Assembly: GCF_009914755.1 (NCBI RefSeq)
Contig: NC_060926.1
DNA length: 64,000 bases
DNA from: the human T2T-CHM13v2.0 reference genome, Homo sapiens
Reading direction: 5' to 3' (one strand)
Positions 15,101 to 27,727 of the stretch are shown here, piece after piece (position 1 is the first letter of the stretch; every line of letters starts with the position of its first letter). The position numbers and the translations under genes were made by a program. The notes under the pieces were generated by a model that made no database searches, was not told the DNA's origin, and saw nothing but the letters and a program-made list of their open reading frames with translations.

Positions 15101-16002
15101 GAAATTTTAACATTTTGCCTAATTTTAACATTAGGCAAAATTACCTTTCTTCATATCCTTTACCCCTCCACTAAAAGATATTTTCAGGTGCACATACCCA
15201 TTTGGTGAGTGTTAGAAATAAAGATTACAAAGGAAATCCCTGTAGCCAGAGCAGGTAACATATATAGTCCTGGACATCAGTTTTTTTCATGGGAGTAACT
15301 GGAATTATCTTAACAGATTTAATTTATACAATAATTTCATACGTATGCATGTGTTGCTTATATATATATATATAAACATATTTAAATAATCTTATCTACA
15401 CATGAATATGTGTACTTAGTATTTATAGCTAACAAGTTATCAAATAAATATATATGGATTAATATGTATGTTATATACACTCAAATATGTGCATTTTTCA
15501 TAAATGACACAAATTTTACTGTTTTTATAGATATATGATGCAATATATTTGATACAGTGACAACATTTTTAAGTTTTATCTTAGTATCTTTAAAAACAGA
15601 TCAATAAATATTTATATTTTTGCATCAGAGAACCCCATCTCTAGTATCTGCTTCATGAATAACATATGCCAGGCTTTCAAAGGCTATAGTTTAGATTCTA
15701 ATTCACTCAGTTAAAACAATTCCTGCTTGGAATGTGTGGCTTCCATTTTACTGTAAGAATTTCAATTACCCCATAACACAGACTCCTCAGGTAGACTAAT
15801 CTCCTTTCTTTACTAAATTCGAAGAGACATTGCCATGAGAGGAAAGAGACTTAGGGTGGAGAGACACCTTCATGGCCCCCTCTTCCGTAATCTCCCAATA
15901 ACCCTCAAAACTCAGGCTGAGTCTGAGAAGTGTTGTCACCAGATGGCTGCACAAAGAAGAGCAGGTGGGGCAGCCCAGCGTCACATGTCTGCTTTCCTGG
16001 GG

Positions 16003-16030
16003 GGGGTTTGTTATGGTTTGTAACACTGTG
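16003..16030 (-). other. 12-RSS of IGKV1-35
   Basis: CACAGTG + 12 bp + ACAAACCCC. Confidence 0.9.
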
Positions 16031-16507
16031 ATAGGGTAATTTTTATACTGTTGACAGTAATAAGTTGCAACATCTTTAGGCTGCAGGATTCTGATGGTGA
16101 GAGTAAAATCTGTCCCAGATCCACTGCCACCGAACCGCGAAGGAGCCCCAGATTGCAAACTGGATGCAGCATAGATCAGGCCCTTAGGGGCCTTCCCTGG
16201 TTTCTGCTGATACCAGTCTAAATTACTACCAATGCTCTGACTCGCCCGGCAAGTGATGGTGACACTGTCTCCTTACAGATGCAGACAGTGTGGATGGAGA
16301 CTGGGTGACTGGATGTCACTTCTGGTCCCTGAAATTGCAAACAGAAAAACAAATATCCACACAATTAATCATGTTATAAGAAGACTTCCCTGAATGGCCA
16401 GGCAGTACCTAGCACACTGGCTGAGTAAGAGGCTAGTAATTTCTTTTCTTAACTGGAAACCAGGATGGCAGAAGTCCCGGGAGCTGAATGAGGGTCTTCA
16501 TGTCCAT
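16031..16507 (-). pseudogene. IGKV1-35: Immunoglobulin kappa variable 1-35 pseudogene (or 1D-35)
   Basis: Leader 16507-16453 MDMKTLIQLPGLLPSWFP with donor GT>TT. V exon 16328-16031 has a -1 and a +1 indel in FR1 that bring a TAA into frame; the remainder ends ..[10 protein letters not shown]. Confidence 0.9.
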
Positions 16508-16592
16508 GCTGTGTCCAGACAAAAACTGACTCCTGCACGGGGTGTGACCAGCCAATTAATAAGTCTTCAGGAAGGGAGCTGTGCTCTGGGAC

Positions 16593-16632
16593 ATGCAAAT
16601 CAGCAGAGGATGGGGAAGGCTGGGCACAGCTG
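16593..16632 (-). promoter_or_regulatory. IGKV1-35 promoter octamer ATTTGCAT + E-box
   Basis: atgcaaat at 16593-16600; cagctg at 16627-16632. Confidence 0.85.
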
Positions 16633-17479
16633 CAAGGCTGGCTCATCTCAGTAACTCAGCACAGGGGCAGTGTCCCCAGGGTCCCAGATCAGAGCAGGGT
16701 AGCATCAACTTACCTGCAGATAATACATTTCTCTTTGGTGGCCATACTATTACAAAACGTATTTTTGGGACAATTTCCAAAATTTTAAACGAACCTAAGG
16801 ACTACATTGAGTAATGCATTTTATAGTTGTATTGGCAGTATGTAGGAGACTATCCTTGTTTGCAGGGAATGCATAATAAAATCTTAGAAAGTAGAGCTCT
16901 TGGGTCTTCAAGTTACTGGCAAATGTATTTGGTGAGTGTAAAAATATTTTGTGTTGTGTTAACAATATTTCTGTCAGTGAGGAATTGTCTTTTTTAAAAT
17001 GAAAATAAGACTTTATCAGAAGCATTTTTAACAATATTCAAAAATAGTTTGTCATAACTTTAAGCCATTGTTGTTACTGGTATAAGGACAAGGAATTGAC
17101 TGCAGTTTCACAAAGATAATACCATGATTTCTCATGCATGTACCACGCACAGACCCTCCATTTTCCAGAGCTATCGGTCACTTTAATACCCAAGGATTAA
17201 ATGGATAGCACCTTATTCTTGCCTTGGGGAGAATATTCTACCACCTTTTCTGTCACTGTGTAATATTTCTTACAGATCATCGCATAAAGGGCTGGCTAGT
17301 GATGCCAGATCTGATTAGTTCAACAAGATTCTCTGTTTCTTCATTGAACTATAGGAGCCTTGATTAGGATAAACTTGAAACCCTGTATCAATCCAGACTC
17401 TTATAATCAAATGTGTCCAAAGTAGGAAGACAAAGATCATATCCCCTGGGTAATGCTCCAAGCTGTGCTCCCTACCAGC

Positions 17480-17977
17480 ATGTTCCTAGTGTCTCAGGTG
17501 CAGCTCCCCCGAAGCCTGGCTTTCTGAAGGGCAGGTGAAGGGGAGGACCTGGGGAAAGACAAAGTCAGTGAACTCTCTCTTCTGGTGGGGGTGGCTGCTG
17601 CTCGGTACATGTCCTTGCCTTGAACCATCAATGTCATTTGCTTCTTTTACTCTTTTGCAGTGAGTGGGGACATCACCCTGACCCAGATGTCAGCCTCACT
17701 GTCTCACAGCCAGGACACAGGGTCTCCATCCCTGGCCAAGTCATTGCTGATGTATACAGAGATATATCTGAAAATGGATAAAACTTGGAAACAAATTTGA
17801 ACCTCTGTACCTCATACCTCTGCCTATGCTGAGGGCATCCCAACCTGATTCAGCAGCAGGGGAATTGGAACCAACTACATCAGCATCAGTGGGCTGGAGC
17901 CCGGGTACTCCAGGCAGTATTACTCATTCATGATCACGCATGGTCCCACCACAGTGGTGCAGTCTGTGCACAAACCT
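17480..17977 (+). pseudogene. Unnamed V-kappa relic, family A, head-to-head with IGKV1-35
   Basis: Leader 17480-17534 MFLVSQVQLPRSLAF*RA with GT donor and 123-nt intron. Exon cagtgagtggg-GACATCACCCTGACCCAG..GIPT*FSSRGIGTNYISISGLEPG.., frameshifted. Perfect heptamer CACAGTG at 17950-17956, then (g)cacaaacc. Confidence 0.85.
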
Positions 17978-18145
17978 TCTGCTGCTTTTCCGGGGGCTTG
18001 GATTTCAAGAGAACTGGCCAGTAAACAGCCTACTAATATCCAGGTTCAAGACATAGGGCTCTAGATTGAAATACACATCTTTTTTTTCTGAATGTAGCCG
18101 TCTCTCTTGCTACCCTTGGCCTTTCCCCTTCACTGTACTTCTGCT

Positions 18146-18259
18146 GACTCCATGGTCATGCTGCTGTCTCTGAGCTGGGCAGACTCCATGGTCATGCTGC
18201 TGCTCTCTCTGAGATGGGCAGACTCCATGGTCATGCTGCTGCTCTTTCTGAGCTGGGGA
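18146..18259 (+). repeat. Minisatellite, 3 x 36-39 bp (GACTCCATGGTCATGCTGCTG..CTGAG.TGGG.A)
   Basis: Three adjacent copies starting at 18146, 18182 and 18221. Confidence 0.9.
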
Positions 18260-18842
18260 AGGCAGCTCTGCCTGCATGCATGCCAGACCACAGTGTCTGG
18301 AATAGCATCCCCTAGGACAGCCCTCAATCGGTAAGGACAGGGGAGGTGTATACATACATGTGGCCATGTGGAAGGAACATATATAAGTTCTGACAGACCT
18401 GGGTTCCAATCTCAGTCCCTACTTCTGCTGACCATGTGACTTTGGGAAATCACCCCTGCACTCTGATGGGCAGTTTTCTTACCTGTAAAATGAAGTACTG
18501 TGGATATCAAGCAGTGTCTTGAGGGCTTCACCAGATCATGACCCATGAAGAGAGAAAGAGAGAGAGAGAGAGTACCCGGTGTCCATTTCATGCATCCTTG
18601 ACTGTCTTAGAATGAAGACGTTATGTAAGATATTACTAGTCAGATGTCACTTTCAACTAAAAATTATCAATATTTATTCTAACTAATAGATCTCTCTCTC
18701 TCTATACAGTGAAGTTTCACGTAAATGTTTTCCCACCATATCCTTTCCCATCAATCTATTTATGTGTAGCAGTAGAAAGTTGAACAAGAAGACTGAAAAC
18801 CACCAGAGCACGTTTCATCTGCACTTTCCCTGCACTTCATTC

Positions 18843-19290
18843 TTATTAGTGTCCTTGGGCTGCTGTAACACAGTTCCAAAAATCTGATGGCTTAAAACAG
18901 TTTACTCTCTCATACTTTTGTAGGCCAGAAATCTAGAATCAGTATCTCTGGGCCAAGATCATGGCCTTGGCGGCCAGGCTCCTTCAGAGGCTCCAGGAGG
19001 GAGTCTATTCTTGTCTCCCCCAGCTCCTAATGGCTGCATCTTTCCTTGACTGTGGCCATACCCCTCCAGTCTTTGTCTCTGTGGCCACATTGCCTTCTCT
19101 TCTGTCTGTGTTAAATCTCAATCTATCTCACTCTTAGGAGGATACTTGTGATTGCATTTAGGGTCCACTTGGTCAATCCAGGATAATCTCCCTGTTTCTA
19201 GATTCTTAATTTATACCTGCAAAGGTCTTTTTCCCATACCAGTTACATTAATTGGCTCCATGGAAAAGAACCTGATAATGTGGGGGTGAT
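18843..19290 (-). mobile_element. MLT1B/C-like LTR
   Basis: tattagtgtccttgggctgctgtaaca..ggcttaaaacag..aggatacttgtgattgcatttaggg. Confidence 0.75.
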
Positions 19291-20722
19291 ACTCAGTGCT
19301 AAACCATTACAGGACCCAGTTTCAGTGTCGGTACTGTACACACGTTACATTCTCTCTCTATGTCTTTCGCTCACTCTCTCCCCCTTCTTCCCTCCCTTTC
19401 TTATGATCACAAATCATTCCACTTCCCTAAGTGTATCCACTGCCACCTAGGTTCAGAGTTCAGAGAGGAACACACAGGAAGGTCTTGCTCGGGTTTGCAT
19501 AGAGATCTGCCCAGTCCCCGCTATCATGTACAAGAAAGGACATAGCCACAGACAGCCCTCAGCCATCTGGGAAGAAGCTGTCTCTACAGAGGACAGTCAT
19601 GAGCTATGACTCTCTCGACCTCTTATTTTCTTCAGAGGCTTTTGGCCCTCATGGAGGGTGTGGGTGGCCCCTGACTACAGGATTTGGTCTTCATGGAGGG
19701 TGTAGGTGGCCCCTGGCTACAGGATTCACCAGGACTTTCATCAGAATATCTGATTCACAGAAGGCAGTCAGTGATAGGGCCACACAGAGGGACTCTGCAG
19801 GGCCGGCTGCACAGAGCACTCTGGAACAGCCTGCCTCCTCATATTTCTTCCTGAACACACATATTTGGATCTCCTAATACCATTTTGCTAGTCCATTACT
19901 TGCTCTGAAGGTAATAGGTAGGATTAACTAAGACAGAATTTTTAATAGTTACAAATCAGAAGAAAAAAAGTAATTTTTTAAATTGCTAAGCTGATAAAGA
20001 AGAAGATAACATGACGGCAAAAAACAAAAACTCTAGACTGAGGGCTTTGGGTAAGAGCTTGAGACTCTCAGTAGTGGAGCACCTGGGCCATCGCCTTTCA
20101 GAAGAGAGGGACAATCAGGAAAGAAAGCGTGCAGTAGAGGCAAAAATCTTGCTTACTCAGACAAAGCCTCAGAAGAAAGGAGACACCTTCTTCCTGAGCA
20201 CCAGCAATCAGAGAAATTCTCAATAAAAATAAATCATAATGAAAAATAAATAAATAATAATGAAAAAATCGAGAATAGTTATAAGCGCTGCATGCACTGC
20301 TCATTGCACCAAGTGCCTTGTAATGAACGAAGTGCAGACAATAATCATAGACCCCAAATGTGTCCCAAACCTGACCACTCCCCCGACTTCTACCCCACCA
20401 CTCCACCCCAATGCAAACCTCCATTATCTTCCACCTGCAAGATAATCCCTCAAATATTACCCAACTTCTTCTTTGCTCCTTGTTCCTTGATAAGTGGTCC
20501 CCACTCTCAGGGTCCTAAGGCTGTGGCCACAGGTCTGAGTTCTAAGGTCTTTCTTCTCACACCCACAGCCTTTCTCACTCTGGCCTCCTCCATTTTGAGA
20601 ATCCAGACCCAATGTCCTGCCACCCTCCCTGGAATCAGGCACTAATTGCCAGTAGCTTTTCTTTGTAAACCCTCCAAATGCAACCTCTAACAGGAACCTG
20701 GCTGGAGCAGTCAGCATCTTCC

Positions 20723-21608
20723 TGTTACGGGCAGTTAGACAGGCATGAGATGGGCAGGAGAGGTCTCTTTCCCCACCCACTAGGAATGTGGGGTGATGGT
20801 TCAGCAATGATCACATTGCCTCTCTAAAAGTGATAAGTTGGCAGCTGGCACTAGAGGGAGGCCATTTCCTGATGGTCCACACCTTTTGCACTAAGGTGTT
20901 AATTGAATGCAAGCACCAGGGAAATGCAACTTCCCAGGCATGTTAAAATAAATAATACAATAAATATAAATACAAAAATAAAAATAAAATGTTTATATTT
21001 ATAAATAAATTTATATTTTGTATTCACATTTATACTTTATGTATATTTATATATTTGTATATTTATATGTATGTATTCATATTTATATTTATGTATAAAT
21101 ATAATTTATATATACATAAATTTATATTTATACATAAATATAAATACAAAACAGTGAAGTATGACCTTCCAGGGGCACACCACCAGAAAAGGGAAGGAAG
21201 CCTCAGATAGGCATGTGTACAACTTTCTGAACACACTGAGCATGCTCACCTCCCAAGGGTAAGAAGGGCACTGCGCATGCGGGCAGCCCACCCTAAGAGA
21301 AGAATCATGGGAAAGAGACCTGCCTATAAAGTACTAGAATCAAGGTTAAACACCGGACTTCTTCTTCAAGTCGCCCACTTTGGTCTCTTTCAAGTGTACT
21401 TTCCTTTCTCCCCTGTTCTAAAGCTTTTCAATAAACTTTCACTTCTGCTCTGAAATTTACCTTGGTCTCTTTTTCTCCCTTATGCCCCTCAGTCGCATTC
21501 TTTCTTCTGAGGAAGCAAGAATTGAGGTTGCCGCAGGCCAAGGATTGAGGTTGCTGCAGACTCATACGGATTTGCCACTAGCAACTAGAATATCTTTAAC
21601 CAGTAACA
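20723..21608 (+). mobile_element. ERV1-class solo LTR (MER50-like) with internal AT-rich expansion
   Basis: TG...CA termini and 4-bp TSD TTCC (20719-22, 21609-12). Paralogous empty sites at about 10870 and 33855. Confidence 0.85.
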
Positions 21609-23448
21609 TTCCCAGCAAAAAGTGCTAAGAAGAAAGAGAAACCTGCAAACACACTTTGTTGTTAATGAAATGCATAAAATCCCCTGTTTCTATGTCTTCT
21701 CCAACTATTTTTGTTTCTTAACCACAATTATATATGTATGATCTTGGAGCAGGGAGGAATTAAGAACAGGCATTTATTTCATGCTTAGGATATAAAAAGA
21801 GGAATGGAGAGGGAAAGACAGCAGAATTTATAAGTTCTTCAAAGTGATTTGAGTTTTTCTAGCCATGGGCATAGAATGACCAAGATCTCAGGGGAGCACT
21901 GCACTTACAATTCCTGCCCTTCACGCCTCAGACTCCCATGAACACACACACACATAAAAATGCCTGTCTTCTCCTAAAGAGCAAATTTAAGGCTCTGTTT
22001 CTTCCCTTGAGTACCTTTTCTCATAAATGAAATAAAATAAATGAAAGTAACTTTAGAAGCAATGGAAAGAAACAATAGCAAAAGCTTAAGCAAAGATCAG
22101 AAGTCTGAAGGTTGGAGTATTAGGGTTGGTGCAGCAGCTTGGGGGCAGCATGAGGAAACCAGGTTCACCTTCACCACATTGGATTTTCAGTCTTGGACTC
22201 AAGTCCTCATGATCTCCAGAGGACTGCAACAGCTCTAAGCTAAGGACATTAGTGTCATATCCACTAAAAACTCTTCCAGGAAAAAATGTGGGGCAAAATT
22301 CTTCACCTTCCTTCTATTTATGAGGAATCAAATTCTCCCCAGAAGCCCTGCCCACCTACTCCCCTACCATCTCATGGTGGAGGTGACCACACATGCTCTT
22401 AATCCTCACTCCAGCCCTAAATTGAGAGAGGTTCACTGTCCTCACCAGGCATGGCAGAAAGGAGCTGGTGCCCTCTACACCAAAGGAGAAGGGGGATGGC
22501 TGCTCAGAGAGTGTCAAGAGCTTGGCAACATTTAAACCTCACTATGCTTCTAAATTAAGTTGTGTGGGGAGGAGAGATCTCAAGAGCCTCTTGGTCTGGT
22601 GGAGTTGGAACAAGCCAGGCCCTGAGGATGACAGTGAAGTCAAATTTTTAATATTCTAGATGGCAATGTTAGCTTCAGCAGTTTTGGAAATGTGGCTTAT
22701 GCAATTAAGATCAGGACAGACTTTCAGGTACTGGAATAAAAGAGAAGAGATTAGAAATAAAGTCCTCAAACCAGGGCTAAGGTCAGGCCTGCACTGACCG
22801 AGAGCTGCTGGGCTCTGGCCCTGGGCTGTGAAAGAAACAGCTGCTTTCTTGAACTATGAGGCTGAGGACCTGGGAGGAACCACAGGCCCTGTCCATGGGG
22901 CTGCCTGGCAAAGGATTCAAGAAAGAAAGCTGCTCACACACTCATGGGCGCGGCACCAAGCCCGAGCCTGGGGCCATGGTGAAAGCCTCAGAAACCAGGA
23001 CCTTAGAGCTGGGCCTGGGCTCCTGGAGTAGGCTGCTCTCAGCTCTGTTCTCATTGTATATAAGCAGTCAGGACCTTCTTGGAAGCAAAGGGAGAGGGTG
23101 AGCAAATGTCCCCAGGGCTCTTGCTGAGCCAGATTCTGTTCTGATGACAAAGAAATAGAGCACATGCTCAACAAATAATATATGCATACATATTATGTAA
23201 ACTTTATTAAATACATATAATATTTTGAATATTAATTATATATTGAGATAGATGTATACGCTATGTTTCTACATTTCACATTAAAATAATATGTACAATT
23301 GTATAGAAATTGATATACTTTTGTTGAAATTGTATCACCTGGCCCTGCAGGTGACAGAAAGATAAACAAACTATAACTTCATTATCAAGGAAATGTTCAT
23401 GTTTAATACAAACTATCTGAAGCCGAAGTCTGAGTTCTTCTTCCTCAT

Positions 23449-23502
23449 CAGAGAGTCAGAAAAGCAGGAGGAAGAGGGGCAAAGCTGGGCACCCATGTCC
23501 AT
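23449..23502 (-). pseudogene. Orphan leader exon of relic family B copy 2 (V exon deleted)
   Basis: ATGGACATGGGTGCCCAGCTTTGCCCCTCTTCCTCCTGCTTTTCTGACTCTCTG, homologous to 1668-1718 and 55327-55380, followed by the same MLT1A. Confidence 0.7.
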
Positions 23503-23544
23503 GAGGGCCTCCTGAGGCTGATCCTGCTCAGAGAGGGTGGGGAC

Positions 23545-23880
23545 AGTGGATGGGCCTTCTTGCACTGCTACACCAAAATACCCTGGGCTGGGTAGATTAA
23601 ACCAGAGAAATTTATTCTCATAGTTCACAAGCCTGGAAAGTCCAAGATCAAGTTCCAGCAAGGTTCACTTTCTGGTTAGAACCTTCTTCCTAGTTTACAG
23701 GTAGTCACCTTCTCACCATGTCTTCTCATGGCCTTTCCATAGGGAAGCAGTGAGTTAGAGAAATAAAGGAAAAGAGAAGAGTTCTCTGGTTTCTGTCCTT
23801 ATAAGGACACTAATCCTATTGGATCAGAGCCCCACCCTTATGACTTCATTTAACCGTAATTACCCCTTTATAACCCCAAT
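23545..23880 (-). mobile_element. MLT1A-like LTR in relic-B promoter
   Basis: ccttataaggacactaatcctattggatcagagccccacccttatgacttcatttaac. Confidence 0.75.
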
Positions 23881-24560
23881 TATCTCCTACATCCACATAG
23901 GGGAATAGGGCCAGGCTTCCAGTCTCAGAGCACAGATGGCTTTTTCCCACCATTCAGCACAGTGGCAGCTCCTCCCAGGTGCCCCAGGTAACATGTGGGA
24001 CATTATTCTAGCCTTATGGGGTCCCTGTTAACAATGGGACACTATCACTCTTGCTTTTCTAGTATTTCTAAGATAATGGTACTCTCTTTTTTGTGGGGTT
24101 TGTTTGCAATCTAGAGGCAGGTTTGACATAGCAACTTACAGGATTTTTAAATTTTGTGATAGTAAAAATAAATAAATAAATAAATTTATCATAAATAATA
24201 AATTGACTTAATACATTGAATCTGTAAAAAAAAGATAAGGCCAATTGAAAAGCTTAAAAAGAGTCTGAGGGGTTTAAAAAGGCAAATTCCTTTCAATGAG
24301 AGTTAGAGAACGGATGACCGATTTTTTTTAATAGATGACGTTTCAGCAGTAATTATCAAATGGTAAACAACAACTTGAAAAAAGGTCTCACAAATATAAT
24401 TTCATAGTCAAAAAACATTTCTGAGAATCATATAAATACATATTCAGATTAAAACAGACAGAAAAATGTGACCTTATCGGTAGATCTACTCAATGGAAAA
24501 TTCCTCAAATATGTGCTTGAGGCAAAAGGAATATTTATCATTGATGGAAGTTCAAGTTTT

Positions 24561-24791
24561 CTAATAAACTCCAACATCCTTAGTCTCCGTCCTACTGACT
24601 TTCAGTGTAAACTCAGTACCTGACCCATTACCCCTGAACCTGTCTGAGAATTCGGAGGCTTGGTTGGAAACCTCATAAATCAGGAGCTGTGGAGACTGGC
24701 CTGGCTTCTGCAGGTACCAATACAAATAGGTGTTTCCATTATTATACAGGAGGCTCTAACTAGACCTGCAGGAGACAAAGGCTGGCTTTCC
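24561..24791 (-). pseudogene. IGKV2-36: Immunoglobulin kappa variable 2-36 truncated pseudogene (or 2D-36)
   Basis: [75 protein letters not shown]. It lacks the acceptor/FR1 start, CDR3/RSS and leader; the intron remnant runs to about 25735. Confidence 0.88.
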
Positions 24792-25051
24792 ATTATGAAC
24801 AACTTTCATGATTTCTTTTATGATATTGATTTATAGTTACATTTTTCAAGTTTTGATTCATGTCATGAAAGTAGACTTTCTAAAATAAACCCATTATTTA
24901 CCAGCCAGAAGGGAACTCTTTTTTTTTTTCAAGATCTTAATCAGAGTACTGTTTATTGTTCCCTGGAGGTGAACCTTGATTATTCATAAGACAAAAATAT
25001 GAATTCTTTTCCCTGGGCATAGACCATGTGACTCTATCATGTTGGAATAAA

Positions 25052-25682
25052 TGATACTGCTCTGATGAGTAGAGGACACCAGGTTCTTTGTCTCGAGTCA
25101 AATTAGAAAAAATGACACTGACACACTTAGAATAGTTTTAAGGAGCAGGGAGTTTAATAGGCAAGAAAGAAGGGGGAAGAAAGAAGGATGAAGCTCCCCT
25201 GTACAAAGACAGAGGGAGGGGGGCTCCAAAGCCGAGGGACGAACCACTCTTTCAGGTAATATCAGCCAGCTATATTTGATGTCTGGAGGAGGCGGTGTCT
25301 GATTTGCACAGGGCTCAGGGTATTGGTTTGACCAGACATGTCATTCACGGTAGCCCTCGAAAGAACTGGCCCTCCCACCCTAGCCTTTTAATATGCAAAT
25401 ACAGGGCGCCATGATGTTCCACACACGTGGGGATATGTAGGGGCAACCATGCTGCCAGGCGCATGTTGGGGCAAGGGCAAGAGGACAACGGTGGAAATCA
25501 CCATGTTGGGTGCATGTTGGATGGACCCAGTTTCTAACGGCTTGCATTTGCATATAAAAGGTTGCCTGCCCGGGGCTAAGACCCAGGGCTTTTATGCTAG
25601 ACAACAGCTGTGAAAAGTCTCCCAAGGATCCCTTTTTTCCTCTCTATCTGCCTAAAATAATTTCTTAATAACTCCTACCTCA
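25052..25682 (-). mobile_element. ERV1-class solo LTR in the IGKV2-36 intron (family not assigned)
   Basis: TG...CA ends and 4-bp TSD TAAA. The empty site ggaataaacatgtgaagc is in the IGKV2-40 intron (about 60060). Confidence 0.85.
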
Positions 25683-26570
25683 TAAACACGTGAAGCTGTG
25701 GAGCCCACAGACTCACCTCCCACCCAGTTCTCCTTGCCCTGGCACATACATCCAGCTTCTGTGAAGAACTGGATGTGGCTAGAGACTTGGGGTCCCACGG
25801 ACAAGAGTTGAGATGCAACACGGCAAGCTTTGAATAGGGGGCTGGTCAATTGTAAGCAGATGCCATAGAAAATCAGGAAGGTCCTCCAGGCAGAGCATCA
25901 ACAGCCCCGAACATGGGCTTCCCAGACATGTCTGAGGACCACATGATTGGCAATTATAGCTTCTGCACCAGATGCTCTCTGGATTCTTGGGGAGATCCAG
26001 AGAATCGTTTTCTAATTATTTGCATCTTTGAGTACCATGCTCCCAAGCCTCCCAGAGGCTGTAGTTTAGACTCTCATTGCGTGTATTTAGAAAAAAAAAA
26101 ATAGACTTGGAATTCCAAGAGTAGGTTTTCCTTTGTGGTATTGATTCCAACTCACACCATAGCCAAGACTCAGGTGTAATCATCTCTTTTCTTAATGAAA
26201 TCAGGAACAGTATTGCCATGTTTGTGCTGCAGGGGATGAGAAGGAAAAACAGTTAAGGTATAGAGGAGTTGTAATCGCCCAAGGGGTTCACCTTGCCTGC
26301 TGCTTAGACAGAGTCGATTTATCAAGACACGGCAATAGCAGTAGTGAAAGAGTAATTCACACAGAGCTGGCTGTGTAATATCTTCCACCGTCATAATTTT
26401 CTCAGTTATGATTTTTGCAAAGGCAGTTTCAGAGTCTTCATGGCCCCTTCCATCAAAACTTTTCAGTGACTTTCAAAGCTTGACTGGAATATGAGAAACC
26501 CTCTGAGCAGCTGGAGGCAGTAGGAGGAGTATCTGGGGCAGGCCAGCCCCATACATCTGCTTCCTTGGGG

Positions 26571-26598
26571 GGTTTATGTTATGCCTTGTAACACTGTG
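26571..26598 (-). other. 12-RSS of IGKV1-37
   Basis: CACAGTG + 12 bp + ACATAAACC. Confidence 0.92.
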
Positions 26599-27075
26599 GG
26601 AGGGGCATTGTAAGTCCGTTGACCGTAATAAGTTGCAACATCTTCAGGCTGCAGGCTGCTGATAGTGAGAGTGAAATCTGTCCCAGATCCACTGCCACTG
26701 AACCGAGATGGGACTCCAGATTGCAAATTGGATGCACTATAGATCAGGAGCTTAGGAACTTTCCCTGGTTTCTGCCGATACCAATTTAAATAACTGCTAA
26801 TGCCCTGACTCACCCGGCAAGTGATGGTGACTCTGTCTCCTACAGATGCAGACAGGGAGGATGGAGACTGGGTCAACTGGATGTCACATCTGGCACCTGA
26901 GATTGGAAATATAAAAACAAACATCCATTCAATCCATCATGTTATAAGAAGACCTCCCTGAAGAGCCAGGCTATACTGAGCGCACCAGCTGAGTAAATTC
27001 CTAGTGTTCTCCTTCCTTACCTGGGACCCAGAGCAGTAGGAGCCCCAGGAGCTGAGCGGGGACCCTCATGTCCAT
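26599..27075 (-). CDS. IGKV1-37: Immunoglobulin kappa variable 1-37 (ORF; second conserved Cys replaced by Gly), exons 27075-27021 and 26896-26599
   Basis: Leader [22 protein letters not shown] intron, open V exon [52 protein letters not shown]. Cannot be told apart from IGKV1D-37 here. Confidence 0.93.
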
Positions 27076-27162
27076 GCTGTGTCCTGACTGGGACTGACTG
27101 CTGCACGGGGTGTGACCAGCCTGTTAAGAAGACTTCAGGGCAGGGGGCTGTGCTCTGGGAAC

Positions 27163-27202
27163 ATGCAAATCAGCAGGGGTTGGGGCAGGCTGGGCACAGC
27201 TG
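27163..27202 (-). promoter_or_regulatory. IGKV1-37 promoter octamer + E-box
   Basis: atgcaaat at 27163-27170; cagctg at 27197-27202. Confidence 0.85.
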
Positions 27203-27409
27203 CGGGGCTGGCTCATCTCTGAGCCAGTCCCTCGTGTCCCCAGTGTCCCAAGTCAGAGGAGGGTAGCACAGATTTGTCTGTAAGAACATGTTTCCTCTTG
27301 GGGCCGTTTTGTAACAAAGAACTTTTTTTTTTAATAATTGTTAATATTTGAAATACTCTTGAGTACTCGATGAAGTAATGTTTTCTATTTGTATATGGGG
27401 ATTAATTAA

Positions 27410-27727
<318 letters not shown>

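Noticed and set aside
15796-16158. 120-aa ORF with V-kappa FR3 and a long tail
   Set aside because: It is an internal frame of the IGKV1-35 pseudogene reading through the RSS, not a separate gene.
18107-18409. Repetitive ORFs on both strands and a CRISPR-like look
   Set aside because: It is a three-copy minisatellite with no unique spacers, in eukaryotic DNA.
22940-23130. Minus-strand ATTTGCTC..TATATA..CACCATGGCC resembling a lambda-type V promoter and leader
   Set aside because: The ATG and TATA are not conserved in the paralog at 35200-35370, and no hydrophobic leader or V exon follows.
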